This document shows, one piece after another, positions 10,423-21,528 of a stretch of 64,000 nucleotides of DNA. A program made the position numbers and the translations under genes. Position 1 is the stretch's first letter. Each line of letters starts with the position of its first letter. The notes under the pieces are model-generated. The model had not been told where the DNA came from and ran no database searches. It was given only the letters and a program-made list of their open reading frames with translations. This DNA is from a virus (taxonomy: Duplodnaviria > Caudoviricetes): the IMG/VR virus record IMGVR_UViG_3300021256_001754, positions 96,001 through 160,000 of that record, one strand, 5' to 3'.

Positions 10423-11538
10423 TTATAAATTGCTTGATAAAATCTCTCTTAATTTATCTACAGAAATTATATTTCTTCCTTCTTTCATATTGACATACAT
10501 AACAAACTTTTCTTCGTCTGATATATTATTGTCTAATATAAAACTATACTGGTCATCTATTACACTGATCCCTTCTTTTCTATCGTTATATTCTCTTTCT
10601 TCCATTGCTGATAAGAACTCAACTACTACTGTTGGATTAGTTCTATAGTAATTCTGTATTATTACTTTATCAGAACCGATAATTGGAAAATCAAATTTAA
10701 CCTTCAAGAAGTCTATACCATTCTCTCTCTTAGTAGTATTTATTTTTTCTATTATAGCTTTAGGATTTTTATCTACTACATGGCTTAAATGTATGGTCAC
10801 GTATTTATCAGATATAATATTCTGGAAATGAGTATAATGCATATTAGAATCCAAATCATGAATCGTTATAAGGAATCCTTTATCTTCTTCCTCATTGAAT
10901 TTATATCTATAAGGAGTACCACAATAATAGAAATACTTTTCAAAACATTCTGGTTTATGTACATGACCTGCAATCATAAATCCAGTACAATTAGAAAAGT
11001 CTTTCATAGTAAATAATCTACCTTGTCCGACATTATTACCATATACAGAACCTTCAAATGTACCATGCATTAAAGCTTCATCGTATAGACCAGATTTATG
11101 AAGATATTTATCATATACACTTTCATCTAATCCATATAATTCTGGTATACATAATATTCTTGCATTTCCAACTTGTTCTATAGATAATTGTGTTCTTATT
11201 CTTACATCTACATCTGATTTTTCTTGTAAATGATAAAAAAGTTTTAATTGGTCTGCATCATGTGAGAATGTACCATGAATCATGATAATTGTAGAGTTGT
11301 GTCTTCTAGCAACTGCTACAATATCATCTATTAGCTTTATAGCATAATATATACCACTACTATTTCCCATTAATTTATGGTCAAATAGATCACCATCTAT
11401 AGATATCATGTCTAATTTTGGCAAACTATCTATAACTGGTATAAATTGTTTTATTAAAATCTCATACTGGGCTTTAGCATCAAAAGCCGCAAAATGAATA
11501 TCGGCAATATGTGCCGATATAAATAATCCACGTCCCAT
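10423..11538 (-). CDS. sbcD: SbcD/Mre11-like metallophosphoesterase nuclease
   Basis: ADIH, GDLFD, GTFSHD, MHG, GHVH. Confidence 0.85.
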   Translation of the reverse strand: MGRGLFISAHIADIHFAAFDAKAQYEILIKQFIPVIDSLPKLDMISIDGDLFDHKLMGNSSGIYYAIKLIDDIVAVARRHNSTIIMIHGTFSHDADQLKLFYHLQEKSDVDVRIRTQLSIEQVGNARILCIPELYGLDESVYDKYLHKSGLYDEALMHGTFEGSVYGNNVGQGRLFTMKDFSNCTGFMIAGHVHKPECFEKYFYYCGTPYRYKFNEEEDKGFLITIHDLDSNMHYTHFQNIISDKYVTIHLSHVVDKNPKAIIEKINTTKRENGIDFLKVKFDFPIIGSDKVIIQNYYRTNPTVVVEFLSAMEEREYNDRKEGISVIDDQYSFILDNNISDEEKFVMYVNMKEGRNIISVDKLREILSSNL

Positions 11539-11599
11539 TATTCTTACCCCTATTTATTTTTAATCAATTATGATTATCATTTTTATAGTATATATTCGA

Positions 11600-12172
11600 T
11601 TATCCATTTAGCAGAGATTTTAAATCGTTTATATTCTTTCTGAGTTCTTCTATCATATCATCTTTTAATATTTTACCAAAGGTTGTAGCAACAGTCATAA
11701 ATTGTTCTGTATATTTAGCTTCAACCTTTGGAGTTTCTAATGATGGTATCTCACGTACATTATCTACGGTATGATTCATTGTAATTTGTCCACGTTCATT
11801 TATATATGTATACCGTATAGTATAATTAGAAGAAACAATTACATTAGCTTCGGCTTTACCTAGATTATATTTGAAATATGCTATTATACTATCATCCGGA
11901 TTTACAGTACATTTAATACAATGCTGTACTGGATATAATGAATTAACAAGTACAGTTGTATGAGCAATATAATTAAGATACTCAATTACCTGATCATATG
12001 GAATTATATTTATACTTGACTCATATTTATCGATAATAGATTCTACCTTTTCTATATGCTTTAAGCACTTTCTTTTCTTTAATATTCTAGCTATTTTATT
12101 TGATTTCAAATATTCAATTATTTCTTCTCTAAGACTTGCTAGTGTATATAGTGTCAATTCAAAAAATCCCAT
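11600..12172 (-). CDS. Hypothetical protein
   Basis: 190-aa ORF coupled to upstream nuclease gene. Confidence 0.7.
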   Translation of the reverse strand: MGFFELTLYTLASLREEIIEYLKSNKIARILKKRKCLKHIEKVESIIDKYESSINIIPYDQVIEYLNYIAHTTVLVNSLYPVQHCIKCTVNPDDSIIAYFKYNLGKAEANVIVSSNYTIRYTYINERGQITMNHTVDNVREIPSLETPKVEAKYTEQFMTVATTFGKILKDDMIEELRKNINDLKSLLNG

Positions 12173-12173
12173 A

Positions 12174-12938
12174 TCATATTATCCTCTTATATGAATAAAA
12201 CCAGTCTATCATGGCTTTGAATGTATGATGTAAATTTTCTGTATCGTTACGACATTGAGGATTATTAAACTCGATTGTTTTGAAATCGAATTTACCTTTC
12301 ACATCTTTATCGACTCTTAAAATGGCTAATCCATTAATATCTGGAATAGAGTTATCTCCCATACAATATTTATTATACATTAATCCCCAATAGTATGCAT
12401 AAGTCTGGAGATAGTAATTAGCTGATATTATTTTAGAGGTTTTAAAATCCAATACATAAACAGTTTCTACTCCATTCTGTTCTAATCCAATAATACAATC
12501 TGCTGTTCCACCAAACCAAGGACAAGTAATCTCTTTCTCTATAGCGTATATATGAAGATTTATATTTTTATCTCTCATATAATTATACCAATTCATAAAC
12601 CCAGAGAAAGAATTCTCTATTTTTCTAGCAATCTTATAGCTATCTTGATATTCATCTGAGAATCTAATTCCTTTTCCATATAAAAGAAAATTTTCTATCT
12701 TCTCATGAACAGCTGTTCCTATAGTAAGAGCGGTATCTTTTATAGATTTATAATTCGATCCCATAGCAGCAGCCCATCCAATAAGATGCGAACTATCTGT
12801 AGTTACCTCCAATATTTCACTAACTCTAGGAATAGGTTTACCATTAAATGTATATGTCTTCCACATATTTGATTCTGTTAGCTCAATATCATTAAGCATA
12901 TTGAGCTCGAAATCATAAAAATAAATTGGATTAATCAT
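12174..12938 (-). CDS. PD-(D/E)XK (RecB/Cas4-like) exonuclease
   Basis: PRVSEIL, GTAVHEKIE, GGTADC, LDFKTS, YYLQTYAY. Confidence 0.85.
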   Translation of the reverse strand: MINPIYFYDFELNMLNDIELTESNMWKTYTFNGKPIPRVSEILEVTTDSSHLIGWAAAMGSNYKSIKDTALTIGTAVHEKIENFLLYGKGIRFSDEYQDSYKIARKIENSFSGFMNWYNYMRDKNINLHIYAIEKEITCPWFGGTADCIIGLEQNGVETVYVLDFKTSKIISANYYLQTYAYYWGLMYNKYCMGDNSIPDINGLAILRVDKDVKGKFDFKTIEFNNPQCRNDTENLHHTFKAMIDWFYSYKRII

Positions 12939-13021
12939 CTTAAATTCTCCCTAATAATATAATTATGGGTATGTCTTATATAAAGTAAAAATTAATGTTA
13001 AATATGAAATTCGTAGGGGGA

Positions 13022-13033
13022 ACATTCAATTAA
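13022..13033 (+). promoter_or_regulatory. Late-type phage promoter motif ACA-N6-TA(A) (representative)
   Basis: Also at 2986, 7965, 30505, 31051, 38718, 57440 (plus) and 28963, 53784, 56024 and others (minus); resembles the AR9 late consensus AACA-N6-TA. Confidence 0.7.
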
Positions 13034-13088
13034 TAAGTGAGCTTTTCCACTTTAGAGAACTATAAATTTTCAACAAAAGGAGACGAAA

Positions 13089-16000
13089 ATGGCTACAATA
13101 AATAAAATTCTTATGCCGCATCGTGGAACTGTTACCGTGATGGAAGCTAAGCCGACACTCGTTCTTCAGGAAGGTGAACTGTTTGTAGAAGGCCCAGCTG
13201 CTGGTATTGGTAAAGGCCATCATAAGATAAAAATAGGTGATGGTGTTACTCCATATTCCAGTCTGCCGTATGCACTCGGTGATACCGATAATGAAGTTAC
13301 AAACGCTTTAGTTACATTTGTAGAAGATACAAGTGAATCTATATCGGAAGCATTAGGTAATGTCGCTAGTGGGTATAGACTATCTGTTCAGATTGCTGCC
13401 CTTAAAAAGGCTATAGATCTTACTGCTAGTCAAGATCTTCCAACAGCAGCTTTCACGACGATTACTGATGGAACAACTGATATCGATGCAGGTTCTACAT
13501 CTGATACCCTTACAATATCTGCGGGAGAGAATGTATCTCTCGATGTAGATGCAGTAAATAAATCTATAACGATAAATTCTACAGATAATAATACCACATA
13601 TGCTAATGCTACAACAGCCGATGCTGGTCTTATGTCTGCAACAGATAAAGCTAAGCTTGATGGTGTAGCAGCAAACGCTACAAATGTATCAGTAACAGCA
13701 GCTCTTAGCTCTGGTGTTGAGATTGGTACTATTACTGTAAATGGTGTACCAATTACAATTTACTGTGAGGAGAATACCGATACTCACTATATAGCAAAGA
13801 ATGTAGTTGGTTCTGCATCAGCAACAACAGATACATCTGTTCCTCTTTCTAATGGTGCTGTTAATCTTAATCTTATCGAAAATGGAGAAATCCGTTCTTC
13901 TCATAATATCAGAGGTGATGGTGCAACAGAAGTTACATCTGATGCAAATGGTAATATTATTATATCTTCTACAGATAATAATACTACATATGCGACAGGT
14001 AATAGTACAACTGCTGGTTTAACAAAGCTGTATTCAACAACCGGTTCAAATTCAGATGGTACTATGACTCAGGCTGCAATCAATAATGCTCTTGGACTTA
14101 AACTTGGTACTAATGATACAGCTGCAGCAGCTAATAAAGACTCTGATAATCAGCAGATTAATACTACTTATGTCAAAGGAGTAACTTACTCTGGCCATAC
14201 AGTAACTGTAACTAAGGGTGATGGTAGTACGACAACGTTCAATACTGCTGATAATAATACCACATATGCAGCATTTACAGGTGCTACATCTGAAGCTGCT
14301 GGCACAGCTGGATTAGTTCCTGCTCCTGCTGCTGGAGAACAGAATACTGTTCTTTCTGGTAGTGGTGTTTGGGTATCTCCAAACAACATGTCTGTTGGTA
14401 ATGCATCTACAGCTCAGTATGCAGTAAATGCAAATCATGCTACATCAGCAACAAGTGCTGGATCTGCTCAGAATGCTGATACAGCTACATATGCAAACAA
14501 TGCTGGTACTGCATCTTATGCTGCTAGTGCTAATTCTGCTACCAATGCAAGTTCAGCTACATATGCAACTAATGCTGGTACAGCAACACATGCTACATCA
14601 GCAACACGTTCAACCAATGCAACATCAGCAGACTATGCTACTAATGCTAACGAATCAGTATTTGCTACAAGAACTCTTAATGATAATGCAGGACATAATA
14701 TTCAGCAGACATATGTTTCCGGAATATCAGCAACTGGTCATACAGTAACAGTTACAAAGGGTGATGGCTCTACAACAACCTTTGAAACTGCAGATGATAA
14801 TACCACATATGCTGCATTTACAGGTGCTACATCTTCAGCAGCTGGTAAAGCTGGACTTGTTCCTGCTCCTTCTGCTGCAGATAGGAATAAAGTTCTTAAG
14901 GGTGATGGTTCTTGGACAAATATTTCCGCTGTAAAGGTAGATGAAGCTGTTAATGCGGATAGTGCTACTTATGCAACTAATGCTGGTACAGCAACACATG
15001 CTACAAAGGCTGATAGTGCTTCTACAGCTACAAGTGATGTAAATGGTGCTGCTATTACATCTTACATTAAGGGAATCTCATATTCTGGTCATACTGTTAC
15101 TATCACATCGGGTGATGGATCAACAACATCTTTCGATACAGCTGATAACAATACCACATATGCTGCTGGTACTGCTAATGTCGCTGGACTTACAAAGTTG
15201 TATGGTTCTAGTGGTACAGGAACAGATGGTACAATGACTCGTACAGCAATAACAAACTTTGTTAATGATGTAAAAAATGATCTTGAACAGCAGATTGGCA
15301 ATATATCAAGTTTCGAAATCGTTATACTTACAAGTACTTCTGATTTGCCTGTAGTTGGTGCATCAAATACTGTATACTTTGTTCCTGAAGATGGTGGTTC
15401 TGGAGATCATAGGTATGCTGAGTATATGTGGATACCAGATCCTGGTTATTATGAGAAGATCGGTCTTACAACAGCAGATCTATCTAATTACTACACGAAA
15501 TCTCAAACAAATTCAGCTATTACAAATGCTACAAACGAATTAGTTAAGACTATTAGTTATAGCGGACATACTGTAACTATTACCAAAGCTGATGGTACAA
15601 CTTCATCTTTTAATACTGCAGATAATAACACCACTTATACTACAGGTAATAGTACAAATGCAGGTTTAACAAAACTCTACAGTGGTACTGGTAATAATAC
15701 TGATGGTAGTATGACTCAGGCTGCTATCACAACAGCTCTTGGTGGAAAACTTGGTACAAGTGATACAGCTGCAGCAGCAATAAATGATTCTGCAAATCAG
15801 CAGATTAATACCACTTATATCAAAGGAGTAACTTACTCTGGTCATACAGTAACTGTGACTAAGGGTGATGGTTCTACAACAACCTTTAATACTGCTGATA
15901 ACAACACGACTTATAGTGAGTTCGCTGGTACAACTGCTGGTCTTGTTCCTGCATCTTCTGCATCTGATACAAATAAGTATCTTAAGTCTGATGGTACATG

Positions 16001-18041
16001 GGCAACTATTACTGGTGTTAAGGTAAATAATGCTGGTACAGCAGATTATGCAACCAACGCTGGTACTGCAACACATGCTGGTAAGGCTGATAATGCAACA
16101 TCTGCAACCAATGCTTCTAGTGCTACGTACGCAACTAACGCAGGAACAGCTACACATGCTACAAAGGCGGCTAGTGCAACAAGTGCTACTAATGCATCTT
16201 CAGCTACATATGCCACAAATGCAGGTACCGCTACATATGCAACCAATGCTGGAACAGCTACATATGCTAATTCTGCGGCTTCTGCTACAAAGGCAACAAA
16301 TGATTCTGCAAATCAGCAGATTAACACCACTTACATTAAAGGAGTAACTTACTCTGGTCATACAGTAACAGTTACAAAGGGTGATGGATCAACAACAACC
16401 TTTAATACTGCTGATAACAATACAACCTATACAACATTCTCTACAGGAAATAATGGTCTTGTTCCTGGACCTACTTCTTCTGATACAGGTAAATTCCTTA
16501 AGGGTAATGGTTCTTGGGTTGATATTGCTACAGTTAAGTCAAATAATGCTGGTACAGCAGATTATGCTACAAAGGCTGGTAGTGCAACATCTGCAACAAA
16601 TGCATCTTCTGCTACATATGCAACTAATGCAGGAACTGCTACACATGCTGGTACAGCTGGTTCAGCAACAAGTGCTACAAACGCAACGTCTGCAACTAAT
16701 GCTTCTAGTGCTACGTATGCAACTAATGCTGGCACTGCAACTTATGCTAATTCTGCAGATTCTGCTACAAAGGCTACTAAGGATTCCGCAAATCAGCAGA
16801 TTAACACCACTTACGTTAAGAGTGTAACTTACTCTGGACATACAGTAACAGTTACAAAGGGTGATGGTAGTACGACAACCTTTAATACTGCCGACAGTAA
16901 TACTACATATGCAGCATTTACAGGTGCTACATCTTCAGCTGCTGGTAAAGCTGGACTGGTTCCTGCTCCTGCAACCTCTGATACAGGTAAATTCCTTAGA
17001 GGAAATGGTTCTTGGGTTGACATTGCTGGCGTTAAGGTTAATAATGCTGCTACAGCAGATTACGCAACTAATGCCGGTACAGCAACACATGCTACAAGTG
17101 CTAATAGTGCATCATCTGCAACCAATGCAACTTCGGCTGCATATGCAACTAATGCAGGTACTGCTACATATGGAACTAATTCTGGTACAGCTACATATGC
17201 TACATCAGCTGGTAAGGCTACTAAGGATTCTGCAAACCAGCAAATCAATACTACCTATGTCAAGGGTGTAACTTACTCTGGTCATACAGTAACTGTAACT
17301 AAGGGTGACGGATCAACTACAACTTTCAACACTGCTGATAGCAATACTACATATGCAGCATTTACAGGTGCTACATCTTCAGCTGCTGGTAAAGCTGGAC
17401 TGGTTCCTGCTCCTGCAACTTCGGACGTAAATAAATTCCTTAGAGGAAATGGTTCTTGGGTTGACATTGCTGGCGTTAAGGTTAATAATGCCGCTACAGC
17501 AGATTACGCAACTAATGCCGGTACAGCAACACATGCTACAAGTGCTAATAGTGCATCATCTGCAACCAATGCAACTTCGGCTGCATATGCTACATCAGCT
17601 GGTAAGGCTACTAAGGATTCTGCAAATCAGCAGATTAACACCACTTACGTTAAGGGAGTAACCTATAGTGGTCATACAGTAACTGTAACCAAGGGTGATG
17701 GTAGTACAACAACGTTTGCCACTGCAGATAATAATACCACATACGCAAACTTTACAGGTGCTACATCTTCAGCTGCCGGTAAAGCTGGACTTGTTCCTGC
17801 TCCTACAACAGCTACAAGAAACTATTTCCTTAGAGGAACTGGTGCTTGGGTTGATATTGCTACAGTTAAGTCAAATAATGCTGGTACAGCAGATTATGCA
17901 ACCAATGCTGGTACTGCATCATACGCTTCAAAGGCTGCTAATGTAAACAGTGCTACATCTGCTACATATCTGTCTGGTGCTGGTGCAACTACAAATATCA
18001 TTGTTGGTAATACCCTTGTCGACTTTGGATATGAAGGTTAA
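13089..18041 (+). CDS. Long repetitive tail fibre protein
   Basis: Mtd_N/hyaluronidase-like N-terminus (VLQEGELFVE...KIGDGVTPYSSLPY); about 9 copies of SGHTVTVTKGDGSTTTFNTAD; GLVPAP motifs; ATNAGTA low-complexity tracts. Confidence 0.88.
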   Translation: MATINKILMPHRGTVTVMEAKPTLVLQEGELFVEGPAAGIGKGHHKIKIGDGVTPYSSLPYALGDTDNEVTNALVTFVEDTSESISEALGNVASGYRLSVQIAALKKAIDLTASQDLPTAAFTTITDGTTDIDAGSTSDTLTISAGENVSLDVDAVNKSITINSTDNNTTYANATTADAGLMSATDKAKLDGVAANATNVSVTAALSSGVEIGTITVNGVPITIYCEENTDTHYIAKNVVGSASATTDTSVPLSNGAVNLNLIENGEIRSSHNIRGDGATEVTSDANGNIIISSTDNNTTYATGNSTTAGLTKLYSTTGSNSDGTMTQAAINNALGLKLGTNDTAAAANKDSDNQQINTTYVKGVTYSGHTVTVTKGDGSTTTFNTADNNTTYAAFTGATSEAAGTAGLVPAPAAGEQNTVLSGSGVWVSPNNMSVGNASTAQYAVNANHATSATSAGSAQNADTATYANNAGTASYAASANSATNASSATYATNAGTATHATSATRSTNATSADYATNANESVFATRTLNDNAGHNIQQTYVSGISATGHTVTVTKGDGSTTTFETADDNTTYAAFTGATSSAAGKAGLVPAPSAADRNKVLKGDGSWTNISAVKVDEAVNADSATYATNAGTATHATKADSASTATSDVNGAAITSYIKGISYSGHTVTITSGDGSTTSFDTADNNTTYAAGTANVAGLTKLYGSSGTGTDGTMTRTAITNFVNDVKNDLEQQIGNISSFEIVILTSTSDLPVVGASNTVYFVPEDGGSGDHRYAEYMWIPDPGYYEKIGLTTADLSNYYTKSQTNSAITNATNELVKTISYSGHTVTITKADGTTSSFNTADNNTTYTTGNSTNAGLTKLYSGTGNNTDGSMTQAAITTALGGKLGTSDTAAAAINDSANQQINTTYIKGVTYSGHTVTVTKGDGSTTTFNTADNNTTYSEFAGTTAGLVPASSASDTNKYLKSDGTWATITGVKVNNAGTADYATNAGTATHAGKADNATSATNASSATYATNAGTATHATKAASATSATNASSATYATNAGTATYATNAGTATYANSAASATKATNDSANQQINTTYIKGVTYSGHTVTVTKGDGSTTTFNTADNNTTYTTFSTGNNGLVPGPTSSDTGKFLKGNGSWVDIATVKSNNAGTADYATKAGSATSATNASSATYATNAGTATHAGTAGSATSATNATSATNASSATYATNAGTATYANSADSATKATKDSANQQINTTYVKSVTYSGHTVTVTKGDGSTTTFNTADSNTTYAAFTGATSSAAGKAGLVPAPATSDTGKFLRGNGSWVDIAGVKVNNAATADYATNAGTATHATSANSASSATNATSAAYATNAGTATYGTNSGTATYATSAGKATKDSANQQINTTYVKGVTYSGHTVTVTKGDGSTTTFNTADSNTTYAAFTGATSSAAGKAGLVPAPATSDVNKFLRGNGSWVDIAGVKVNNAATADYATNAGTATHATSANSASSATNATSAAYATSAGKATKDSANQQINTTYVKGVTYSGHTVTVTKGDGSTTTFATADNNTTYANFTGATSSAAGKAGLVPAPTTATRNYFLRGTGAWVDIATVKSNNAGTADYATNAGTASYASKAANVNSATSATYLSGAGATTNIIVGNTLVDFGYEG
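14150..17940 (+). repeat. Intragenic modular repeats of the tail fibre gene
   Basis: Near-identical DNA blocks (e.g. aatcagcagattaacaccacttac, ggtcatacagtaac, aagggtgatgg); units starting near 16770 and 17210 almost identical. Confidence 0.9.
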
Positions 18042-18145
18042 TCTATAAATATTATCAATTCTCCGTTGAAAATTTATAAGTGGTAGGTGTTATTTTACTA
18101 CACCTACCACAATTTAATAATTTTTATATAAGGAGAGAAATCTAT

Positions 18146-19351
18146 ATGTCTAACAGTGTTGTATATGATGGTAAACCATCAATTGAACTAAATCACAGGC
18201 CTTTCTTCTCTATCGTTATTGCATGCTATAATGCTAAAAAGTATTTAAGTACAGTATTGCAATCTATTGTAGATCAGCATATGAATGACGATATAGAAGT
18301 TATCTTATCAGACGATCATTCTACTGAAGATTATACAGAAGTAGTAGATTTATTTAAGAACACTTTATGTATCAAAAGAGTTCAAACAGATTATAATTTT
18401 GCTCCAGGTAATACAAGAGAACGTGGAGCACAATATGCAACCGGAGAATGGCTTGCATTTGCAGATCAGGATGATAAATATGTAGCTGATACTTTACCTT
18501 ATATCAAACAGGAGATATTAAAAAATAACGAGAAGTATTATGTAGTATCTAGTTTCTTAGAGGTAAATATTAATACAGATGAAGTTATAAGAGCTTTTAA
18601 ATTTCCTCTTGGATGGAACCATGCTAAGTTCTATAACTTAGATAATACATGGAAAGCATATGATATCCATTTCAAGAAAGATTTAAGATCTCATGAAGAT
18701 ATTTATATCAGTTCTACCATGAATAGCTTCATGAATTTTATGAATCGTCAACCATTATATCTGGATATTTATACTTATATATGGTATTGCAATCCTGAGT
18801 CTATAACACATACTGTATATGATGTGAAATCAGGTGGTCATACATTCTTAGAGGTATTCTTTAATGATTATCTCAGATCTACAGGATACGTATATATTGA
18901 GCAATATCTTAAAGGTAAGATATCAAAAGAATATGCTATTAGACAGGCTATCAATATAACAGCTTATGCATACTTCTATAATCAAGGATTTTTATTCCAT
19001 AATCCTAAGAATTTCTTACGCGAAAATATCGAGTATGCTAGAGGATATCTTGTAATTATAAAACGTCTATATGGATTAACGAATGAAGATATATGGAATG
19101 GTCTTGCTGCTAATGATGCTGAAGAATTTACTTCTGTAGAAAATAGTGCACATGTAGGAGCTGGTCCATTTATTCCTTTAATGACATTAATGGAATTCTT
19201 AAATTTATTACATAAAGATGGTGATCAATATCCTATAGAAAATGTAAGATATTGTGTTGATACTTGTACTACTTCTGGGTGGAGTGTAGACGATGGAGCA
19301 GGACGAGTGCAAGTATCTGGAACTACAGCTACTATATCAAAAAATAATTAG
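18146..19351 (+). CDS. GT2-family glycosyltransferase
   Basis: FSIVIACYN, DDHSTED, FADQDD (DxD), HEDIY; ATG 18146 with AGGAG SD preferred over GTG 18080. Confidence 0.9.
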   Translation: MSNSVVYDGKPSIELNHRPFFSIVIACYNAKKYLSTVLQSIVDQHMNDDIEVILSDDHSTEDYTEVVDLFKNTLCIKRVQTDYNFAPGNTRERGAQYATGEWLAFADQDDKYVADTLPYIKQEILKNNEKYYVVSSFLEVNINTDEVIRAFKFPLGWNHAKFYNLDNTWKAYDIHFKKDLRSHEDIYISSTMNSFMNFMNRQPLYLDIYTYIWYCNPESITHTVYDVKSGGHTFLEVFFNDYLRSTGYVYIEQYLKGKISKEYAIRQAINITAYAYFYNQGFLFHNPKNFLRENIEYARGYLVIIKRLYGLTNEDIWNGLAANDAEEFTSVENSAHVGAGPFIPLMTLMEFLNLLHKDGDQYPIENVRYCVDTCTTSGWSVDDGAGRVQVSGTTATISKNN

Positions 19352-19375
19352 AATTCTGATAATAATACGATAAAA

Positions 19376-19413
19376 AATATTACCGGTAGGATATAACTCC
19401 TACCGGTAATATT
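19376..19413. terminator. Bidirectional terminator
   Basis: AATATTACCGGTAGGA/TCCTACCGGTAATATT. Confidence 0.85.
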
Positions 19414-20363
19414 TAATCAAAACTACTTGTTGAATTCGAATATGCTTTAGATATATCTTTTATATTGTACATTTTAAATTCTCCTAGATCATTTGATATC
19501 TTCGACAATCCTACAAATAGTCCATATCTGTCTGTATTTATACCATTTATTACATATTTGTCTATCTTTTCTCTATAAATATTCCATATAGTATCAAAAG
19601 ACAAGCTTATATGTAGTTCTGGATATGGTAGAGTCTTTCTATCTTCAGTATACTGATATATCTTTAATGCATATACAGCATTACTAGACATGATAGCATC
19701 AAGATCTCCATATACATATACTTTACCATAAAACATTAATAAATTATTTATAAATTCATTCTCCTTTAAATTCTTTCTAGGAAACGAATCAAATATAACC
19801 TGCTTACAATACTCATTAGTTTCATAATTATAATGAAAGAATGCTAGATTTATTTTATGATCAAAGCAAACTTTAGTTATAGATCCTAATGCAGATTGTA
19901 ATCCTGTTACGTATACATATAAAGTTTTATCAGCTACATTATCGTTAAATTCAATATTATTCAAAATAAAATTTTCACAAATCTCATATTGTTTTTCATA
20001 ATCAAACATCAAACTAGATGAAAATGACTCTTCGAATATAAAAGAATCTACCGGCATGTCATGTCTGTTTGATATAAGTCCAACAGCTTTTATTGGATTC
20101 TTATATAATACAGGATTATTTCTATTTTCTATTATTTGTTCTTTTATAAATAATTCTGATAATATAACATTTGCTGCAGCATTAGCTACATTATTCAAAC
20201 CATATTCTCTAGCAGTATTATTTATAAATTCCAATCCTATTTTATATTTTTGAGCCATCTCTTTTTTTGTCATCTTACTGTCTGGATTTTTCATTGCATC
20301 TTTGATTTCTTTAATAACTACTTCTTTCATCTTTTTCCATGGAATTTGTCTCTTCACTTTCAT
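19413..20363 (-). CDS. Hypothetical protein (N-terminal HTH-like; central RHDMPV...YVTGL domain)
   Basis: 316-aa ORF with GAGGAG SD. Confidence 0.7.
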   Translation of the reverse strand: MKVKRQIPWKKMKEVVIKEIKDAMKNPDSKMTKKEMAQKYKIGLEFINNTAREYGLNNVANAAANVILSELFIKEQIIENRNNPVLYKNPIKAVGLISNRHDMPVDSFIFEESFSSSLMFDYEKQYEICENFILNNIEFNDNVADKTLYVYVTGLQSALGSITKVCFDHKINLAFFHYNYETNEYCKQVIFDSFPRKNLKENEFINNLLMFYGKVYVYGDLDAIMSSNAVYALKIYQYTEDRKTLPYPELHISLSFDTIWNIYREKIDKYVINGINTDRYGLFVGLSKISNDLGEFKMYNIKDISKAYSNSTSSFD

Positions 20364-20535
20364 TTATTCTCCTCTCATTAGTATTTAAATAATTAATTGC
20401 TATATAGGAATAATCTACTGTCAATATAAAAAATACAATAGCTAATATGAATTTTCCTATAATTGCAGCATACCAGGCAATTCCCCCAAGAATAATACCA
20501 GTTATAACAATAATAATTTTACCAATTTTTCTCAT
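20311..20535 (-). CDS. Small two-TM membrane protein
   Basis: Hydrophobic 74-aa ORF downstream of TATATACTATA motif. Confidence 0.6.
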   Translation of the reverse strand: MRKIGKIIIVITGIILGGIAWYAAIIGKFILAIVFFILTVDYSYIAINYLNTNERRINESEETNSMEKDERSSY

Positions 20536-20649
20536 TCCTTTAAATTATGTCTCCTCTCATTTATGTCATATTTATAGTATATATTCAAAATATATTTTTA
20601 TAAAACTATTTAAAATCCTAGAGGAACAATATCCTCTAGGAATATTTAT

Positions 20650-21036
20650 TTATATAGTAGCAGGTATACATATATAAGGCAAATCATTAAAACATGTCTT
20701 ACCATTACCCATTTTCATGTATACATCATGTCCATCTTTTACAAGTATAAGTTCTCTATCATGTAAAATTGGATTTAATTCTCTTAAATTTTTCAAAGTA
20801 TCAGTACGAAGTTTTACATAGTATCTTGATTGAGAATAATCTTCATACTGTTCATAAGTTATCAATCCTCGTTCATAATTATTCTTCAATTCTTCTTTTG
20901 TGAAATCAGAATCTTTATTAGTATATATGACATCACTTTTAAAAGATCTATTAAGCATCTTATCTCTATCACGAAGATATACGATCCATAATATCATATT
21001 AACAATAACAACCACAGCAATAATACAATTAAACAT
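20650..21036 (-). CDS. Membrane-anchored protein with C-terminal Mtd_N-like motif
   Basis: N-terminal TM; NPILHDRELILV...KMGNGKTCFNDLPY. Confidence 0.7.
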   Translation of the reverse strand: MFNCIIAVVVIVNMILWIVYLRDRDKMLNRSFKSDVIYTNKDSDFTKEELKNNYERGLITYEQYEDYSQSRYYVKLRTDTLKNLRELNPILHDRELILVKDGHDVYMKMGNGKTCFNDLPYICIPATI

Positions 21037-21112
21037 TTATTCTACCTCCGATTATTAAAATTGTTAAAGAGTTCTGTATAAAATATATTTTTGATAATTC
21101 TCTTAACCGCTT

Positions 21113-21343
21113 GATGACAAACCAAAAATATTACGCATTACACAAATAACTAATGAGGTTGGTAGTTTTACAATACCACGCACAGAAATCCCTAGTGATT
21201 TACATTATATTATCGGAATTTATGGTTCATCTAATGGAAACTATTATGTTGTTCAATATAATAATATTATATATGGTGTATTTAATTATACTCATACACC
21301 ATATAGCGAACAAACCTTAACAATAGATTTTGTATATATTTAA
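21113..21343 (+). other. Start-less tip cassette A (76 codons, DDKPKILRITQITNEVGSF...TLTIDFVYI*)
   Basis: TAA-CCG-CTT-GAT-GAC; no ATG or SD; beta-rich, resembles cassettes F and G; missing from the ORF track. Confidence 0.75.
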
Positions 21344-21528
21344 AGGAGAATCATATTCATTAGTTAAAGTTACATCTAAGAAACAACTATTTGAAAATTA
21401 TTCTCCAACTTTATTATATTTATTATAAAAAGAAAATCCCTGGAGAATCATTCTCCAGGGATAATGTTTTGTTTCAAAAGTCCACATTCGATAACAAACT
21501 GTGTACTATAATAAATATAGTTAGCAGT

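Noticed and set aside
14150-17940. Possible CRISPR-like or non-coding repeat array
   Set aside because: The repeats are in-frame coding modules with synonymous variation and no unique spacers.
13807-17946. Many alternative-frame and antisense ORFs over the fibre gene (also over the RNAP, capsid and 58020 genes)
   Set aside because: Shadow ORFs produced by codon bias and repeats; no SD and no plausible products.
13089-18041. Tail fibre as the acceptor for the TGATGA cassettes
   Set aside because: No in-frame TGATGA near its 3' end; the in-frame DD near 14793 is preceded by A, and the gene ends without a tip-like domain.
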